The notes under the pieces: model-generated
Database searches by the model: none
What the model was told of the DNA's origin: nothing
Seen by the model: the letters and a program-made list of their open reading frames with translations, nothing else
Program-made: the position numbers and the translations under genes
DNA from: Centroscyllium fabricii
Taxonomy: Eukaryota
Reading direction: 5' to 3'
Length of the DNA: 64,000 nt
NCBI GenBank assembly: GCA_051313645.2
Contig: JBNRSN020000003.1
Span: forward strand, 159,340,001 to 159,404,000
Shown: positions 1-13,348 of the stretch, one piece after another
Numbering within the stretch: position 1 is the stretch's first letter
Layout of the letters: every line of letters begins with the position of its first letter

Positions 1-1478
1 CCTCTCACTACTAAGGCCAACATACCATTTGCCTTCTTAACCACCTGCTGCATCTGCATGCTTACCTTCAGTGACTGGTGCACAAGGACACCCAGGTCTC
101 GTTGAACTTCCCCTTTTCCCAATCTATTGCCATTCAGATAATAATCTACCTTCCAGTTTTTGCCACCAAAGTGGATAACCTCGCATTTATCCATATTATA
201 CCGCATTTGCCAAATCACCCAACCTGTCCAAATCATACTGGAGTTTCTCAGCATCCTCCTCACAGCACACACGCCCACCCAGCTTTGTGTTGTCTGCAAA
301 CTTGGAAATATTACATCTAGTTCCCGCATCTAGATTTTATAAATAAATAACTGAGGTGCTGGCACCGATCCCTGCAGTACCCCACTAGTCACTGCCTGCC
401 ACTCGGAAAAAGACCCATTTATTCCAACTCTTTGCTTCCTGTCTGCCAACCAGTTCTCTATCCAAGTCAGTACCTTACCCCCAATCGCATGTGCTTTGAC
501 TTTGCACGCCAATCTCTTATGCGGGACCTTATCGAAAGCCTTCTGAAAGTCCAAGTACACCACATCCGCTGGTTCTCCCTTATCTATTTTACCAGTTGCA
601 TCCTCAAAAAACTCCAGTAGATTAATCAAGCATGATTTACCTTTTGAAAATTCATGCTGACTTTGTCCGATCCTGTCACTGTTTTCCAAGTGCTCTGCTA
701 TTACATCCTTTATAATGGACTCTAGCATTTTCCCCACTACCGATGTCAGTCTATAATTCCCCGTTTTCAATAGTGGGGCAACATTAGCTACCCTCCAGTC
801 CATGGGAACTGGTCCAGAGTCTATAGAATTTTGGAAGATGACCAGCAATGCATCTCCTATTTCTAGGGACACTTCCTTAAGTACCCTAGGATGTAAATTA
901 TCAGGCCATGGGGATTTATCAGCCTTCAATCCCGTCAATTTCCACGACACCATTTCCCTACAAATACTGATTTCTTTCAGTTCCTCCCTCTCCTTAAGCC
1001 CCAGGTTCCCTGACATCTCTGGGAGATTATTTGTGGCCTCCTTTGTGAAGACAGAACCAAAGTTTGTATTTAATTGGTCTGCCATTTTTGTTCCCCATTA
1101 TAAATTCCCCTGATTCTGACTGCAACGGACCTACGCTTGACTTCATCAATCTTTTTCCCCTTCACATATCTATAGAAGCATTTCCAGTCAGTTTTTATGT
1201 TCCCTGCAAGCTGACTCTCATTCTATTTTCCCTCAATTAATCCCTTTGTCCTCCTTTGCTGAATCCTAAACTGCTCCCAATCCTCAATGTTGTTGCTTGT
1301 TCTGGTCAATTTATATGTCCTCTCCTTGGATCTTATGCTATCCCTAATTTCCCTCGTTAGCCACGGTTAACTCACCTTTTTTGTTTAATTTCTATGCCAA
1401 AAAGGGATGAACAAATTCTGTAGTTCATCCATATGATTTTAATTGTTTGCCATTGCCTAGCCAACTCACGCCTCATAC
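1..1478 (-). mobile_element. CR1 LINE ORF2 (RT) remnant, left part; continues at 5929-6578 beyond the Gypsy insertion
   Basis: ORF 330-1085 has CR1 RT motifs (GQSQHEFSKGKSCLINLLEFFE, VYLDFQKAFDKVPH, SGVLQGSV); colinear with the CR1 copy at 21104-24880. Confidence 0.92.
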
Positions 1479-1760
1479 TGTAGAATAGCCACTAAGGGGA
1501 GACACTCCGGTCTCCCCAGGATGCAAGAATCGACATTCCAGAGTTGGTCCCGCCCCGGTTTCCCCATTGGGTAGTTGGATCAACAGTTCCGGTCCCTGAT
1601 TGGTCCTGCAGGCTGTCAAAAGCCCCATGATGCTTTGCGTTTTCACGCCTTTTGCAAGTCAGTCGTGTTTGGATTGAAACAAATAAAGACCTGTTAGTTT
1701 GCTCTGCGATCTTTCGACATTTTATCGATTTAAAAGAGTGGGGAACTGCCGTTCCCTACA
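1479..1760 (+). repeat. 5' LTR of CsRn1-like Gypsy
   Basis: Direct repeat of 5638-5924; TG...CA termini; AATAAA near 1682. Confidence 0.93.
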
Positions 1761-1762
1761 AT

Positions 1763-1774
1763 TGGTAACCCTGA
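1763..1774 (+). promoter_or_regulatory. Primer binding site, tRNA-Trp-like
   Basis: TGGTAACCCTGA 2 nt after the LTR; 10/12 match to the tRNA-Trp PBS TGGTGACCCCGA. Confidence 0.7.
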
Positions 1775-2460
1775 ATGTCAGTCCCAGAAGGTACTGACCA
1801 GAACGCGAGCCCAGAGGCCGGGCAACGTGAAAGGCCGCCGATCGTCAGCCTCCCCGCCTTTTGGGAGCACCAGGCAGCCGCTTGGTTTTTGCAAACGGAG
1901 GCCCAGTTCCAGCTTAAGCGCCTCGACAACAATGAGGACCACTACCACCTCATCGTTTCGGCTCTGCCCAGCCACGTTGCCGCGGACCTGCTACGGGACC
2001 CGCCTCAAGCTAACAGGTACACTGCCCTTAAGAGCTGACTGCTTCAGGCTCACGACCTACCGGAGGATGTAAGGGCCCGGCAACTCCTTGAACTCTCAGA
2101 CTCAGGCGATTCCACACCTACGCGCCTGATGAATCGCATGCTAGCCCTCCTCGGGGACCACAAAGACTACCAATTGTTTCGGGCGCTATTCATCAGCCTG
2201 CTCCCGCAGCTGGTGCAATCGGCTTTAGCAAACGACCGCAGCAGACTGCCTTTGCTCACCCGCTAACTGTGCAACCACGAGGCTCTCCGCCCCTATGCAG
2301 CGGGCAACGCCTTAACCCCGGCCGGGACTACCAGGCACGTTTCGGCCCGAAGGCTCATCACTGCCGACCACCTTGTTCATTCGACGGCAAAGAGGTTGTG
2401 CCCAAAACCCATGCTCCGACCCCGCACCGCCGTCAGGGCCCAGCCACTGCTAACGCCATT
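1775..2460 (+). pseudogene. gag: Gypsy gag, disrupted
   Basis: VSLPAFWEHQAAAWFLQTEAQF; in-frame stop at 2038; C-terminal zinc-knuckle remnant near 2330-2375. Confidence 0.8.
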
Positions 2461-5400
2461 GGCACAGCGGGACAGCTGCTGTACGTCACGGACTCACTTT
2501 CCGGGCGAAAGTTCCTCTGCGACACCGGGGCTCAATGCAGCATTCTACCAGCTACGCAGCTCGATCGACCGGCAGGCCACAGTAGCCCACCCCTCGTGGC
2601 GGTGAATGGCGCAGCAATAGCCACTTTCGGAAAACGGCGGGCGGAGATTCGCCTGGGTGGCCAACGGTTTACCTGGGATTTCGTTACGGCCAATGTGGAA
2701 CATCCATTGCTGGGCGCGGATTTCCTGTGTGCCCATGGCCTGCTCATGGACGTCCGGGGCAGACGCCTCATGGAAGCGTCTACCTTTGCCTCCCTGCCCT
2801 GCCAGTGGAGCGCCAGCCAACCCCTCATGGGCTCCTGCTCTCCTCGTCTTCGCGACAAATATGAACGCTTGCTGGCCAAGTTCCTGGCCATTACACAGCC
2901 GACCATTTCCGAGGTGGTGGCCAAACATGGCGTCCAGCAACACATCACCACGACTGGCCAACCAGTTTTCGCTCGAGCCAGGCGCTTCGACCCACAAAAA
3001 TGGCGGTCGCCAAGCAGGAATTCTTTGCCTTGGAGAAGTTGGGGATCATTCATCCTTCAAACAGCCCGTGGTCGTCCCCGCTCCACATCGTTCCCAAGCC
3101 AGGTAGCGGCTGGCGACCATGTGGCAACTACAGGTGCCTCAATGACGCCACCACGCCGGACAGATACCCGGTGCCACACATTCAAGACTTTTCGGCCCAT
3201 CTGGCGGGTAAAACAATTTTTTCAAAAAAGTCGACCTCATCCGAGGATATCACCAGGTCCCAGTCCATCCGGACGACGTCCAAAAGACAGCGGTTATTAC
3301 CCCTTTTGGACTCTTTGAATTCCTCCGTATGCCTTTCGGGTTAAAGAATGCGGCACAGGTTTTCCAACGGCTGATGGACTCTGTCCTTCGGGACTTGGAC
3401 TTTTTATTTGTATATCTCGATGACATTTTGGTTGCTAGCGCGAGTGAATCTCAACATGTTGTGCATTTGCGTTCCCTTTTTCAGAGATTGGCCCATCATG
3501 GCCTAATTATAAACCTGGTTAAATGCCAATTCGGCCTTACTGAAATTGATTTTTTAGGGCATCACATCTCCCTGGCGGGAGCCATCCCTTTGCCCTCTAA
3601 GGTCCAAGCGGTCACAGATTTTCCCCAGCCCAGCACGGTTAAGGCACTCCAGGAATTTCTGGGAATGGTAAATTTTTATCACCGGTCCATTCCCAAGGCC
3701 GCCTCCATCATGCGCCCCCTGTATGAGGCCACTAGGGGCAAGACCAGCAAGGATAGCCTTCAGTGGTCGGCCAATATGGCTGAGGCTTTTCGCCTCGCTA
3801 AGTCGGCTCTGACCGAAGTCACCCTTTTGACCCACCCCATCCCGGGCACCCCGCTGTCGCTCACAACGGACGCCTCGGATCATGCCATTGGCGCTGTTCA
3901 GCAACAATGGGTTGACAGTACCTGGCAGCCACTTGCATTTTTAGCCGCCAACTGCTGAAAAATGAGCTCTCGTAAAGCACGTTCGACCGGGAACTGCTAG
4001 CTCCCTTTCTTGCAGTGCGGCATTTTCGTTTTCTCTTGGAGGGCCGTCCGTTCACTGCTTACGTGGCTCCTCATTTTTGCCATGTCCAAAGTCACGGAGC
4101 CCTGGTCAGGTCGCCAACAGCGCCACCTGAATGTCATTTCAGAATCTACTACAGATATTCGTCACGTGTACGGTAAGGATAATGTCATTGCCGACGGTCT
4201 CTCCCGTCCTTCCCTCCATGCGGTCCACGTTGGTGTCAATTAGCAGAGATGGCACGCGGCCAGCAGGCTCTTTGTTCTGCGTCCACCAGCCTGACCCTAG
4301 TGGACGTCCATTTTCATGCAGCCGGTACGACCCTTGTGTGACGTTTCCGTTTCCACCCCCAGGCCCTTAGTACCCACCTCCTGGTGCAGGTGCATTTTTG
4401 GTTTGGTCCATGGGCTCTCACATCCAGGCATGCGGGCTTCTTAGAAGCTTATGTCAGCCAAATTTGTTTGGCCAGGCCTGCACAAAGATGTCCGGAACTG
4501 GACTAACACCTGCCAGGACTATCAACGCGCTAAAATCCACCAGCATACTAAGGCTCCCCTGCAAACTTTTCCGGTGCCCGAGCGGCGGTTTGATCATGTC
4601 CATGTTGATTTGCTTGGCCCCTTGCCCCCATCACAGGGTTTCACCCATCTCCTTACCATCGTCGACCGTACCACTAGGTGGCCGGAGGTCGTACCCTTTC
4701 TTCCACCACATCGGCCGATGTGGCACGCGCCTTTATCTTTTCACGGGTGGCCCGGTTTGGGGTTCCATCGGACATTACTTCCGACAGGGGCCCACAGTTT
4801 ACCTCCCAGCTGTGGAGCGCAATCGCCACTGGCCTGGGGATGCAGTTGCACCGCACGACTGCTTATCATGCGCAGGCAAACGGTATTTGCGAGCATTTCC
4901 ATCACGCCCTTAAGGCCTCACTCCATGCCAGCCTGGTCGACGCCAATTGGTTGGACAGACTCCCTTGGGTCCTGCTGGGGTTGTGCTCCGCGCCCAAGGA
5001 TGATTTCGGCGTGTCTTCCGCCGAACTCGTTTTTGGACAACCTTTGCGCATTCCATCACCTCCCCTCCATCACCGAGAATTGGTCAGCCGGCGAGCAGCT
5101 CGCTCGGCACAATGACGCCGCGCACCGTTTCCTTCCTGTGCCCACCTCTCGGCATGGGGCCCGGTCGTCCCACATATCCGGGCACAATTTGTCTTTGTGC
5201 GTCGTGATGCTCATACAACTCCTTTACAGGCACCATATACTGGCCCTTTCAGGGTGCTGGAGGCTGGCGACAAGACTTTCCTCCTTGCGGTTGGGGGCCA
5301 GCAGGACCGCGTTTCCATTAAACCAGCCCATTTGGACCCTGCCTTGCCTGAACAGTTTTCCCGGGCCCCGCACCAGGAGCGTTTCTCTGTCGCAAGCGTG

Positions 5401-5602
5401 CCCCCAGCGGGTACCGCGCTATTTATACCCTCGGGTACAGCTCCGGCTCTTGCTCCACCTCCGGGTTTCTCTCCGCTCTCGCCTCATACTCCTGCGGCAC
5501 AGCCGCCCTCCAGTCCTGTTCGCGGATCCCCGGTATCACCCCCATCACCGGCGGCCTATCGCACTTGTAGCAGCCGCCTCGTCATGCCTCCTCGGAGGTT
5601 GA
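2461..5602 (+). pseudogene. pol: Gypsy pol (PR-RT-RNase H-IN), several frameshifts and stops
   Basis: FLCDTGA/LLGADFL protease; [30 protein letters not shown]; TTDASD RNase H; HVDLLGP, TSDRGPQF, NGICE integrase; YTGPF motif. Confidence 0.9.
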
Positions 5603-5637
5603 CGTATCATGTTCATAAGGATTCTCGGTGGGGGGTG

Positions 5638-5924
5638 TGTAGCATAGCCACTAGGGGGGAGGCACTCCGGTCTCCCCAGGATGTTAGAATCGACATTCCA
5701 GAGTTGGTCCCACTCCTGTTTCCCCATTGGGTAGTTGGATCAACAGTTCCGGTCCCTGATTGGTCCTGCGGGCTGGCAGCCAAAAGCCCCATGATGCTTT
5801 GCATTTTCGCGCCTTTTCTAAGTCAGTCGTGTTTCGATTGAAACGAATAAAGACCTGTTAAGATCGCGGAGCAAACTTTGACGTTTCATCGATTTCAAAG
5901 AGTGGGGAACTGCCGTTCCCTACA
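5638..5924 (+). repeat. 3' LTR of CsRn1-like Gypsy
   Basis: Direct repeat of 1479-1760, preceded by G-rich PPT, followed by TSD ATAC. Confidence 0.93.
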
Positions 5925-5928
5925 ATAC

Positions 5929-6578
5929 CATTGTAGTTTCCTTTATTTAAATTCAGGACCCTCGTCGGAGTCAAATGCTTCACTCTCCATCTTAATGAAG
6001 AATTCTTTCATATTATGATTGCTCCTCCCCAAGGGGCCTTGCACAACATTGCTAATTAATCCATTCTCATTACATAATACCTAGTCTAAGATGGCCTGAT
6101 CTCTAGTTGGTTCCTCAACATATTGGTCCAGGAAACCATCCCGTATACACTCTAGGAATTCCTCCTCCACAGTATGGTTACTAATTTGGTTAGACCAATC
6201 TATGTGTAGATTAAAGTCACCCATGATAACTGCTGTGCCCTTATTGTACGCATCCCTGATTTCCCGTTTAATACCATCCCCAACCTCAGCATTACTGTTT
6301 GGGGTCTATACAACTTCCACTAATGGTTTCTGCCCCTTGGTATTTCTCAGCTCGACCCATACAGATTCCACATTATCAGAGCGAATATCCTTCCTTACTA
6401 TTGTGTTAATCTCTTTAACCAGCAATGCTACCCAACTTCCTTTTCCTTTTTGCCTGTCCTTCCTGAATATTGAATACCCCTGAATGTTGAATTCCCAGCC
6501 TTGGTCACCCTGGAGCCATGTCTTCGTAATTCCAATTACATCATATCCGTTTACATCTATTTGTGCAGATTTGGTCAA
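5929..6578 (-). mobile_element. CR1 LINE ORF2 5' part (AP endonuclease), same copy as 1-1478
   Basis: YDVIGITKTWL...GYSIFRKDR...VESVWVEL; removing the Gypsy restores CTCATACCAT(T/C)GTAGTTTCC as seen at 23291. Confidence 0.88.
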
Positions 6579-8542
6579 TCCTGCCTGTGCCGACTCTTCA
6601 ACTGTAGCAATCTAATCCCATTTCCCCCTGCTTTGCCCCGTAATCTTTTTATATTCTGTCTTTTCAAATAATTACCAATTATCTTTTAAACAATGTTATA
6701 ATGTTTGTCTCACATAGCTACTTGTGTTAAAGTATCCCATGTTCCAATAACTTTCTGCATAAAAAAAATCTTCTAACTTTCCTCTTTGCTATTAAGAGTG
6801 ACATCCTGAGTTTATGCCCTCCAGTTACTGATTTTCCAAACAGGGAATACACTCTTTCATTACTTACCTTCTCAAAACCAATCATGAAAACCTCAGATTT
6901 CCACTTAACTGGCTCTGTTCTATTTAAAAAAGCCCCAATATTTCAAACCTTTCAGAACTAATCTCTCCATATTAATACTACTAGTAAATCTTTACTGCAC
7001 CCTTTGCATTGCTCCAAAGTCCTTCCCATAAAAGGAGTGCCCAGAACGTGAAGGAATAATTCAAATTTGGCCTAACCAATGTCTTGTACCAATGCAACAT
7101 CACTTCAGAGCTGCCAAGTGTTGCAGGTCAAATCTTTGTGGCTGGGAGAGGAAATAGCCACTTGTAGGCTTTACTGACTCACTTCATATGCCCTAATAAT
7201 TCACTCTGTTCCTGGTCTTCTCCCATTCCACCCCTAACCCTCCAATTAGCTCACATTGCATCAAGTGTCCTTGACACTACCCTTGCTCCTATTGTGACCC
7301 TAACCCTATTTCCTTGACATATCTTGATGTGTTGTATCCTCCATGATCCATTTCGGTTGGATTGCCTCTCATGCTGCTAATTCCTCTGTTGCCTTACCCT
7401 GGAGCAATCATCCTCTTCCCTTACTGATTATTGACCATGGCTCCTCTTGTCCCCTACTTCTCCGATCTGCTGACCTGACACTCCTTCCGACATTTAGTCC
7501 ACCAGCCGCCATTCTTTCCACCAATCCATCCTGCATCCCCCCACTCTTCCCGTGACTTCTACTCTGTCCATAATATAGCCTCTCCCCTTACAATCATATA
7601 TCCATTCTCCATCGCTATATCCTCCCCCATCATCTCCTTGACTTAGCTGCCATTCTATGACCCCTAACTACCATTATCTAATCCAATGCGCCACAACACT
7701 CCATCTGCTGAGGACAATTGTGAACCCCTTCAGCCCATATCCCCTCATTGTAAATGGCCTATCCCCCCTCAGCCCTATTCCCACTCCTCACCAGCGAGTG
7801 ATCTGAAATGCCCACACCCTATTCTTGTTTCCCCCACAGCAGGGGGAATTAGGCCAGGAAACAATTAGACCAAGACTCTCAAATGTAATTCAATTCCATT
7901 TTTAAACTAGTACATTCTGTATAAAATCCAAGTATTGTGTTACTACAAGATTTACTGTGGTGTTGCATATAGCAAGTCAGAGAATATGGACTCTGTTTCA
8001 CCTGTCTTTGTGCTGCAGTTTCTCTCCCATTCCTTCTATTTCTCTCTTTCACTTTTTCTTCTGTTTTTTTTAATTTCAAGTGGGATTTAATGGGGTGGTA
8101 TTCAATGGTGTGGTGGGGAAGAAGCCACTACGCCTGCATTTTGTGTGGAGGTTGCAGGGAAAATATGGCCCTCAGTATCTCCCATCCCACACTCAATCTT
8201 TCCACTACCCCTTCCTACCATCTCTCATTCCCATCATTACCCCATCTCTTCTTTGAGCTACCCAATCAATCCCAGTGTCTTCCATGCTCTGCTGTCACTT
8301 ACTTCACCCTTAACCCTCCATCCACTCCCTTCCCCACTGCCATGAAAACATGTATAGAGGCCAAAGGACCCTCACTATCGACCAGTTTTACTCCTTCCCA
8401 TCCCTTCTTACCCTCCTTTCTGATCCACTTCCCTTGCTTGTTTTCAAAATTTGTAAAAAAAAAATCACATTTGATTGTGGAAAGATATGGTCTGTCTTTC
8501 CATCACTGAACAGTATCGATGCATCCTGGTAAATTAGGTCAT

Positions 8543-8757
8543 TGTGGTAAACCATTAATCTGCCTGTACAGAACATGTCTGGGCATGCCTCAGCTGGCTC
8601 CGCCCCTAAGCCCAGGTATAAAGGTGATTGACTTCCAGTCCCCCTAGCTTTACGGATCAGTCTACCAGCAGAGGCATGCTCGTATTCTTTTGTTAATAAA
8701 AGCCTACTTGTTATAAGTTTAACTCTTAGGCTTTTGGGAGTTTTTGATGGCACATCA
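8543..8757 (+). repeat. 5' LTR of Gypsy 2
   Basis: Direct repeat of 14574-14788; TATAAA 8617-8622, AATAAA 8695-8700. Confidence 0.93.
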
Positions 8758-8781
8758 ATTTTATTAACAAAAAGTTTTGAA

Positions 8782-9590
8782 ATGGAGCAAATCCTGAAGC
8801 TGGAACGCCTGGAACTGGACCCTCAAACACCAGATGCATCAAATAACTTCGAGCACTGGCTGAGCCGCTTCGAAGCATTCCTGCAGGCCTACAGCACTAC
8901 TGTCAAGACTGAAGCCGACATACTGCTAGTACTGAACTCACGAGCGAACCACCAAGTATATTCGATTAGCCGAGACGCTGCATCCTACACGGACGCTATC
9001 GCGATACTAAAAGAATATACTAAGCCAGTCAACGAGGTTTACGCTAGACACCTCCTGGCTACCCGCAAACAGCGACCCGGGGAAATCGGGTGATGAATAC
9101 CTACGGGCACCGAGAGTCCTCGGCCGGGCCTGCAAGTGCAAATCGGCGACGGCCATGGAAAATACTGATGACCTAATCAGAGACGTCCTATGTCGCCGGC
9201 ATCAGGTCCAGCTAGACTCGACAGAGACTGCTAGAGCAAAATGGGCTCGACCTGCAGAAGGCTGTGGCCCTTGCTAACTCGCTGGACGTGGCCCTCCGAA
9301 ACATGGACGCCTACCCCCCTGACCATGCGGCCCTCTCCGCCCCGTGGATGTCGCGGGGGCTGCCATCTTGGGACACGGTAAGGCCACAGGCCTGCGCCAC
9401 GCCGCTACCGCCCACCTACAGCTGAGATATCCAGAGGCACAAAGTGCTATTTCTGCGGCCAAGCCAAGCACCCCAGACAACACTGCCCGGCGAAGGATGC
9501 GATCTGCTCCAAATGCGGAAAGAAGAGCCACTATGCCAAAGTGTGCAGGGCGAAACCGACCCCCAACTCCAGCAGCGCTGCGTGAGAGCC
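8782..9590 (+). pseudogene. gag: Gypsy 2 gag, frameshifted
   Basis: MEQILKLERLELDP...FEHW; CYFCGQAKHPRQHC and CSKCGKKSHYAKVC knuckles near 9445-9546. Confidence 0.8.
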
Positions 9591-10412
9591 GTGCAGGTCG
9601 CCATCTTGGACACCACCAGCCACGTGTGAGCTGTGCGGATGCCAGATTGGACATCACCAGCCGCGTGTGAGCGGTGCGGGCCACCATCTTGGACGTCACT
9701 TTGGGACCAAGCCCCCAACTCCCCCGCTGCCTCGTGTGAGTACAACAGCAACCCACCAACCTCAACGATGGTCTCCATCACCCTGGATCAATGCAGGCCT
9801 CACTACCTTGATGTCCATCATGGACCTGGCCAGTTGGACGATCACGCAACAAACTGTCTATTTGACTGCGGGAGCACGGAGAGCTTTATCCACCCCGACA
9901 CAGTGCGATGCTACTCCCTATCACCGGGTCTCTATGGCCTCGAAGTCCCATATGGTGGACGTCGGCGGCTACTGTGTAGCGACCCTGACAATAATGGGCA
10001 CAGAGTACAAAGACTTTAAACTCCTTGTCCTGCCACAGCTCTGCGCTGCTGTGCTACTGGGACTGGATTTCCAGTGCCACCTAGAGAGTGTCACGATGGC
10101 GCACGGTGGGCCCCTGCCCCCACTTAGTCTGCAGCCGGCAAAATTTAAAACACCGCCACGCACAATATGCAGCTTATCCACCCTGAAAGTCAGCCCCCCC
10201 CGCCCCCGCCCGTTGTTTGCTAACCCTCGCCCACGACTGCAAGCCCATCGCAACAAAAAGCAGGCAGTGCAGTGCCAGGGATAGATGCTTCATTAAAATA
10301 GAAGTAGAGAGACTCCTGCGGGAGGAGATTATCGAGGGCAGCACCAGCCCACGGCGAGCCCAAGTAGTGGTCGTGAAGACCGGCGAGAAACAGCGCCTGG
10401 TCATTGACTACA

Positions 10413-11789
10413 ATTCAATTCAAGTTTTATTGTCATTGCAGAGTACTAGTACAATACAACGAGACGAAGACTCGACTCTCCCGAGAGTAGTGCAAACAAA
10501 ATAAATAAATTACATGCAAATTGCATACAGTAAAGTTCATTATCAGGCGTGCAGGTACCGGAGTTTCTTTTTAGAGTTCAGGAGGCTGACAGCCCTGGGG
10601 AAGAAGCTGTTCTGAAATCTAGTCGTGCGGGTGCAAATTGCTCTGTAGCGTCTCCCGGAGGGCAGAGGGGCGAACAGACTGTGGCTGGGGTGTGTGGGGT
10701 CTTTAATAATGTTCATAGACCTCCGTAAGCAGCGTTTGAGGTAGATGCTTTCCACTGATGGTAGCTGTGTACCGGTAATTCGTTGGGCAGTTTTGACTAC
10801 CCGCTGCAGGGTTTTCCGGTCCGAGATAGTGCAATTACCATACCAGACAGTGATGCAGCTTGTCAGTATGCTTTCTATTGTGCAGCGGTAGAAGTTGGAG
10901 AGGATGCCGGATGACAGCCTGGCTTTCTTCAGCTTCCTAAGGAAGTACAGGCGCTGTTGGGCCTTCTTAACCAGAGAGGAGGTGTTTAGTGTCCAGGAGA
11001 GATCTTCCGAGATGTGGACCCCGAGGAACTTGAAGCTGGACACCCTTTCCACCTCAGCCCCTTGGATGAAGATGGGGGTGTGTCTTCTGCTTCCAGTCCT
11101 CCGGAAGTCCACTATGATCTCCTTGGTTTTCTTGGTGTTCAGTGCCAGGTTGTTGTCGGCACACCAACCCACAAGGCGCTGGATCTCGTCCCTGTAGGCT
11201 GACTCGTCGTTGTTGGTGATCTGGCCAACCACCGTGGTGTCATCCGCGAACTTGATGATCGTGTTGGAGCCATGGACAGCCGCACAGTCGTGAGTGAAGA
11301 GGGAGTAGAGGAGGGGGCTGATCATACAACCTTGTGGGGGCCCCTGTGTTCAGGGTAAGGGGGGGGGGGGGGGGGAGGGGAGGTGAGGTTGCCTAACTTC
11401 ACAGACTGTGGTCTGTTGGTTAGGAAGTCCAGGGTCCAGTTGCAGAGGGAGGTGTTCAGGCCGAGGGTGAGGAGTTTGGTAGACAATTTGCTGGGGACGA
11501 TGGTGTTGAATGCTGAGCTGTAGTCAATAAACAGCATTCTGATATATGTATCTTTGCTATCCAGGTGGTTTAGTGCAGAGTGAAGAGCCGTAGTGATAGC
11601 ATCCTCTGTAGATCTGTTCCCACGGTAGGCGAACTGGTATTGGTCCAGGGTGGCAGGGATGCTGGCTTTGATGTGGGCCAGGACCAGCCGCTCGAAACAC
11701 TTCATGATAATGGGTGTAAGTGCAACAGGGCGGTAGTCGTTCAGGCACGTCACGGCCGTTTTCTTGGGCACAGGGATGATGGTGGCGGT
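10413..11789 (-). mobile_element. 5'-truncated Rex1/Babar-type LINE (RT C-terminus plus 3' UTR)
   Basis: [49 protein letters not shown]; AATAAA plus (TTGAA)n tail; TSD TTGACTACA at 10404-10412 and 11790-11798. Confidence 0.9.
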
Positions 11790-12797
11790 TTGACTACAGT
11801 CAAACAATCAATAGGTATACCCAATTAGACGCATACCTCCTTCCCCGCATATCTGATATGGTCAATCAGATTGCACAGTACCGGGTATTCTCTACCACTG
11901 ACCTGAAGTCGGCATACGATCAACTCCCTATCAGGCCTGAAGACCGCCAGTATACGGCCTTCGAGGCAAACGACTGCCTCTACCACTTCCTCAGAGTCCC
12001 CTTCGGCATCACCAATGGGTCTCAGTCTTCCAAAGGGAGATGGACTGGATGGTTGACCAGAACGCGCTGCAGGCCACTTTTCCCTACCTGGACCATGACC
12101 AGCAGGACCATGACGCCAATCTAGAAAAATTACTCCCAACAGCCCAGCACTTAAATTTGACATACAACAAAGAAAAGCGTATGTTTCGCACCACCCGCCT
12201 CACTATCCTTGGCTGTGTAGTGGAAAACGGAGTAATCGGCCCCGACCCCGACCGAATGCGCCCCCTTCTGGAACTACCCCTGCCTCACTGCCTCAAAGCC
12301 CTGAAGAGATGTCTGGGGTTTTTCTCTTATTACGCCCAATGGGTGCCCAATTACGCAGACAAAGCCTGGCCCTTTATCAAGTCAACCTCCTTCCCCCTGG
12401 CTGCAGAGGCCCGTGCAGCCTTCACTCGTATAAAAGAGGACATTGCAAAGGCTACAATGCACGCCGTGGACAAGTCCATCCCTTTCCAAGTGGAGAGCGA
12501 TGCGTCTGACTTTGCCCTGGCCACAACCCTTAACCAGGCGGGGAGACCCGTGGCCTTCTTTTCACGAACCCTCCAGGGCCCTGAAATTAGACACTCCTCA
12601 GTCGAAAAGGAGACCCGGGCTATAGTGGAGGCTGTACGGCATTGGAGGTATTACCTGGCCGGTAAATGCTTCACCCTGCTCACTGACCAACGATCAGTAG
12701 CATTTATGTTCAATAACAAGCAGAGGGGCAAAATCAAAAACGACAAGATAGTGCTGTGGAGGATCGAATTATCCACCTACAATTACAATATCTTATA

Positions 12798-13348
12798 CAG
12801 GTTGCGCACCGGAAATCCGGCACGGGCGAGACCAGGCCCATGCCGGGAAAGTGAAAAAACCGGCAGAATGAAGTCGGTCAGTGCGCATTCGCGCACCATG
12901 AAAAATGGCCGCGCGCATGCGCACAACATTGGAAATGGCCGCCGAACGTCTTTGTGGAGTCTCAGCTGCGGTTTGTTGCTCATGAGGACGGCCTGCAGGC
13001 TGCTCCGGGAAACCGCGCGCTTCACCTTGGCGGGCACTCAGGACTCGCAAATTCAAAGCGCGGCGCGAGTCGCCCCGCCCTGACGCCACGGAAGGCCCGG
13101 CGACCGTTTTGAATGACCTGCGCATGCGCTGGCCGTCCGGCGTGCATGCGCAGATCATTCAAAACACCCGGCAGCCGTTTTGAATGATTTGCGCATGCGC
13201 TCGCCGTTCGGCGGCACATGCGCAGATCATTCACCGAAGCCGCTATCGCGGCTGCCATCTTGCGCATGCGCAGTGCAGTCGGAGCAATTTGTTCCGGCAG
13301 CCTGAAGCTGCCAGCGTTTCGGGTCACGGATTTTCAGTACACAACCTG
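12798..13348. mobile_element. Tc1/mariner(pogo)-type MITE
   Basis: TIRs CAGGTTG.../...CAACCTG, TA duplicated on both sides; removal restores Gypsy ILY|RPGK. Confidence 0.88.

Larger units (their letters stand above)
1479..5924 (+). mobile_element. Full-length degenerate Ty3/Gypsy LTR retrotransposon, CsRn1-like clade
   Basis: Two TGTAG...CTACA LTRs; 4-bp TSD ATAC (1475-1478, 5925-5928); tRNA-Trp-like PBS; PPT GGTGGGGGGTG; Gag with LPAFW...WF and degenerate CHCC-like RFGPKAHHCRPPC; PR-RT-RH-IN order. Confidence 0.93.

Noticed and set aside
11359-11381. Frameshift in the Rex1 RT at a poly-G run as programmed recoding
   Set aside because: Homopolymer expansion or sequencing artefact; similar G/C runs occur throughout the window
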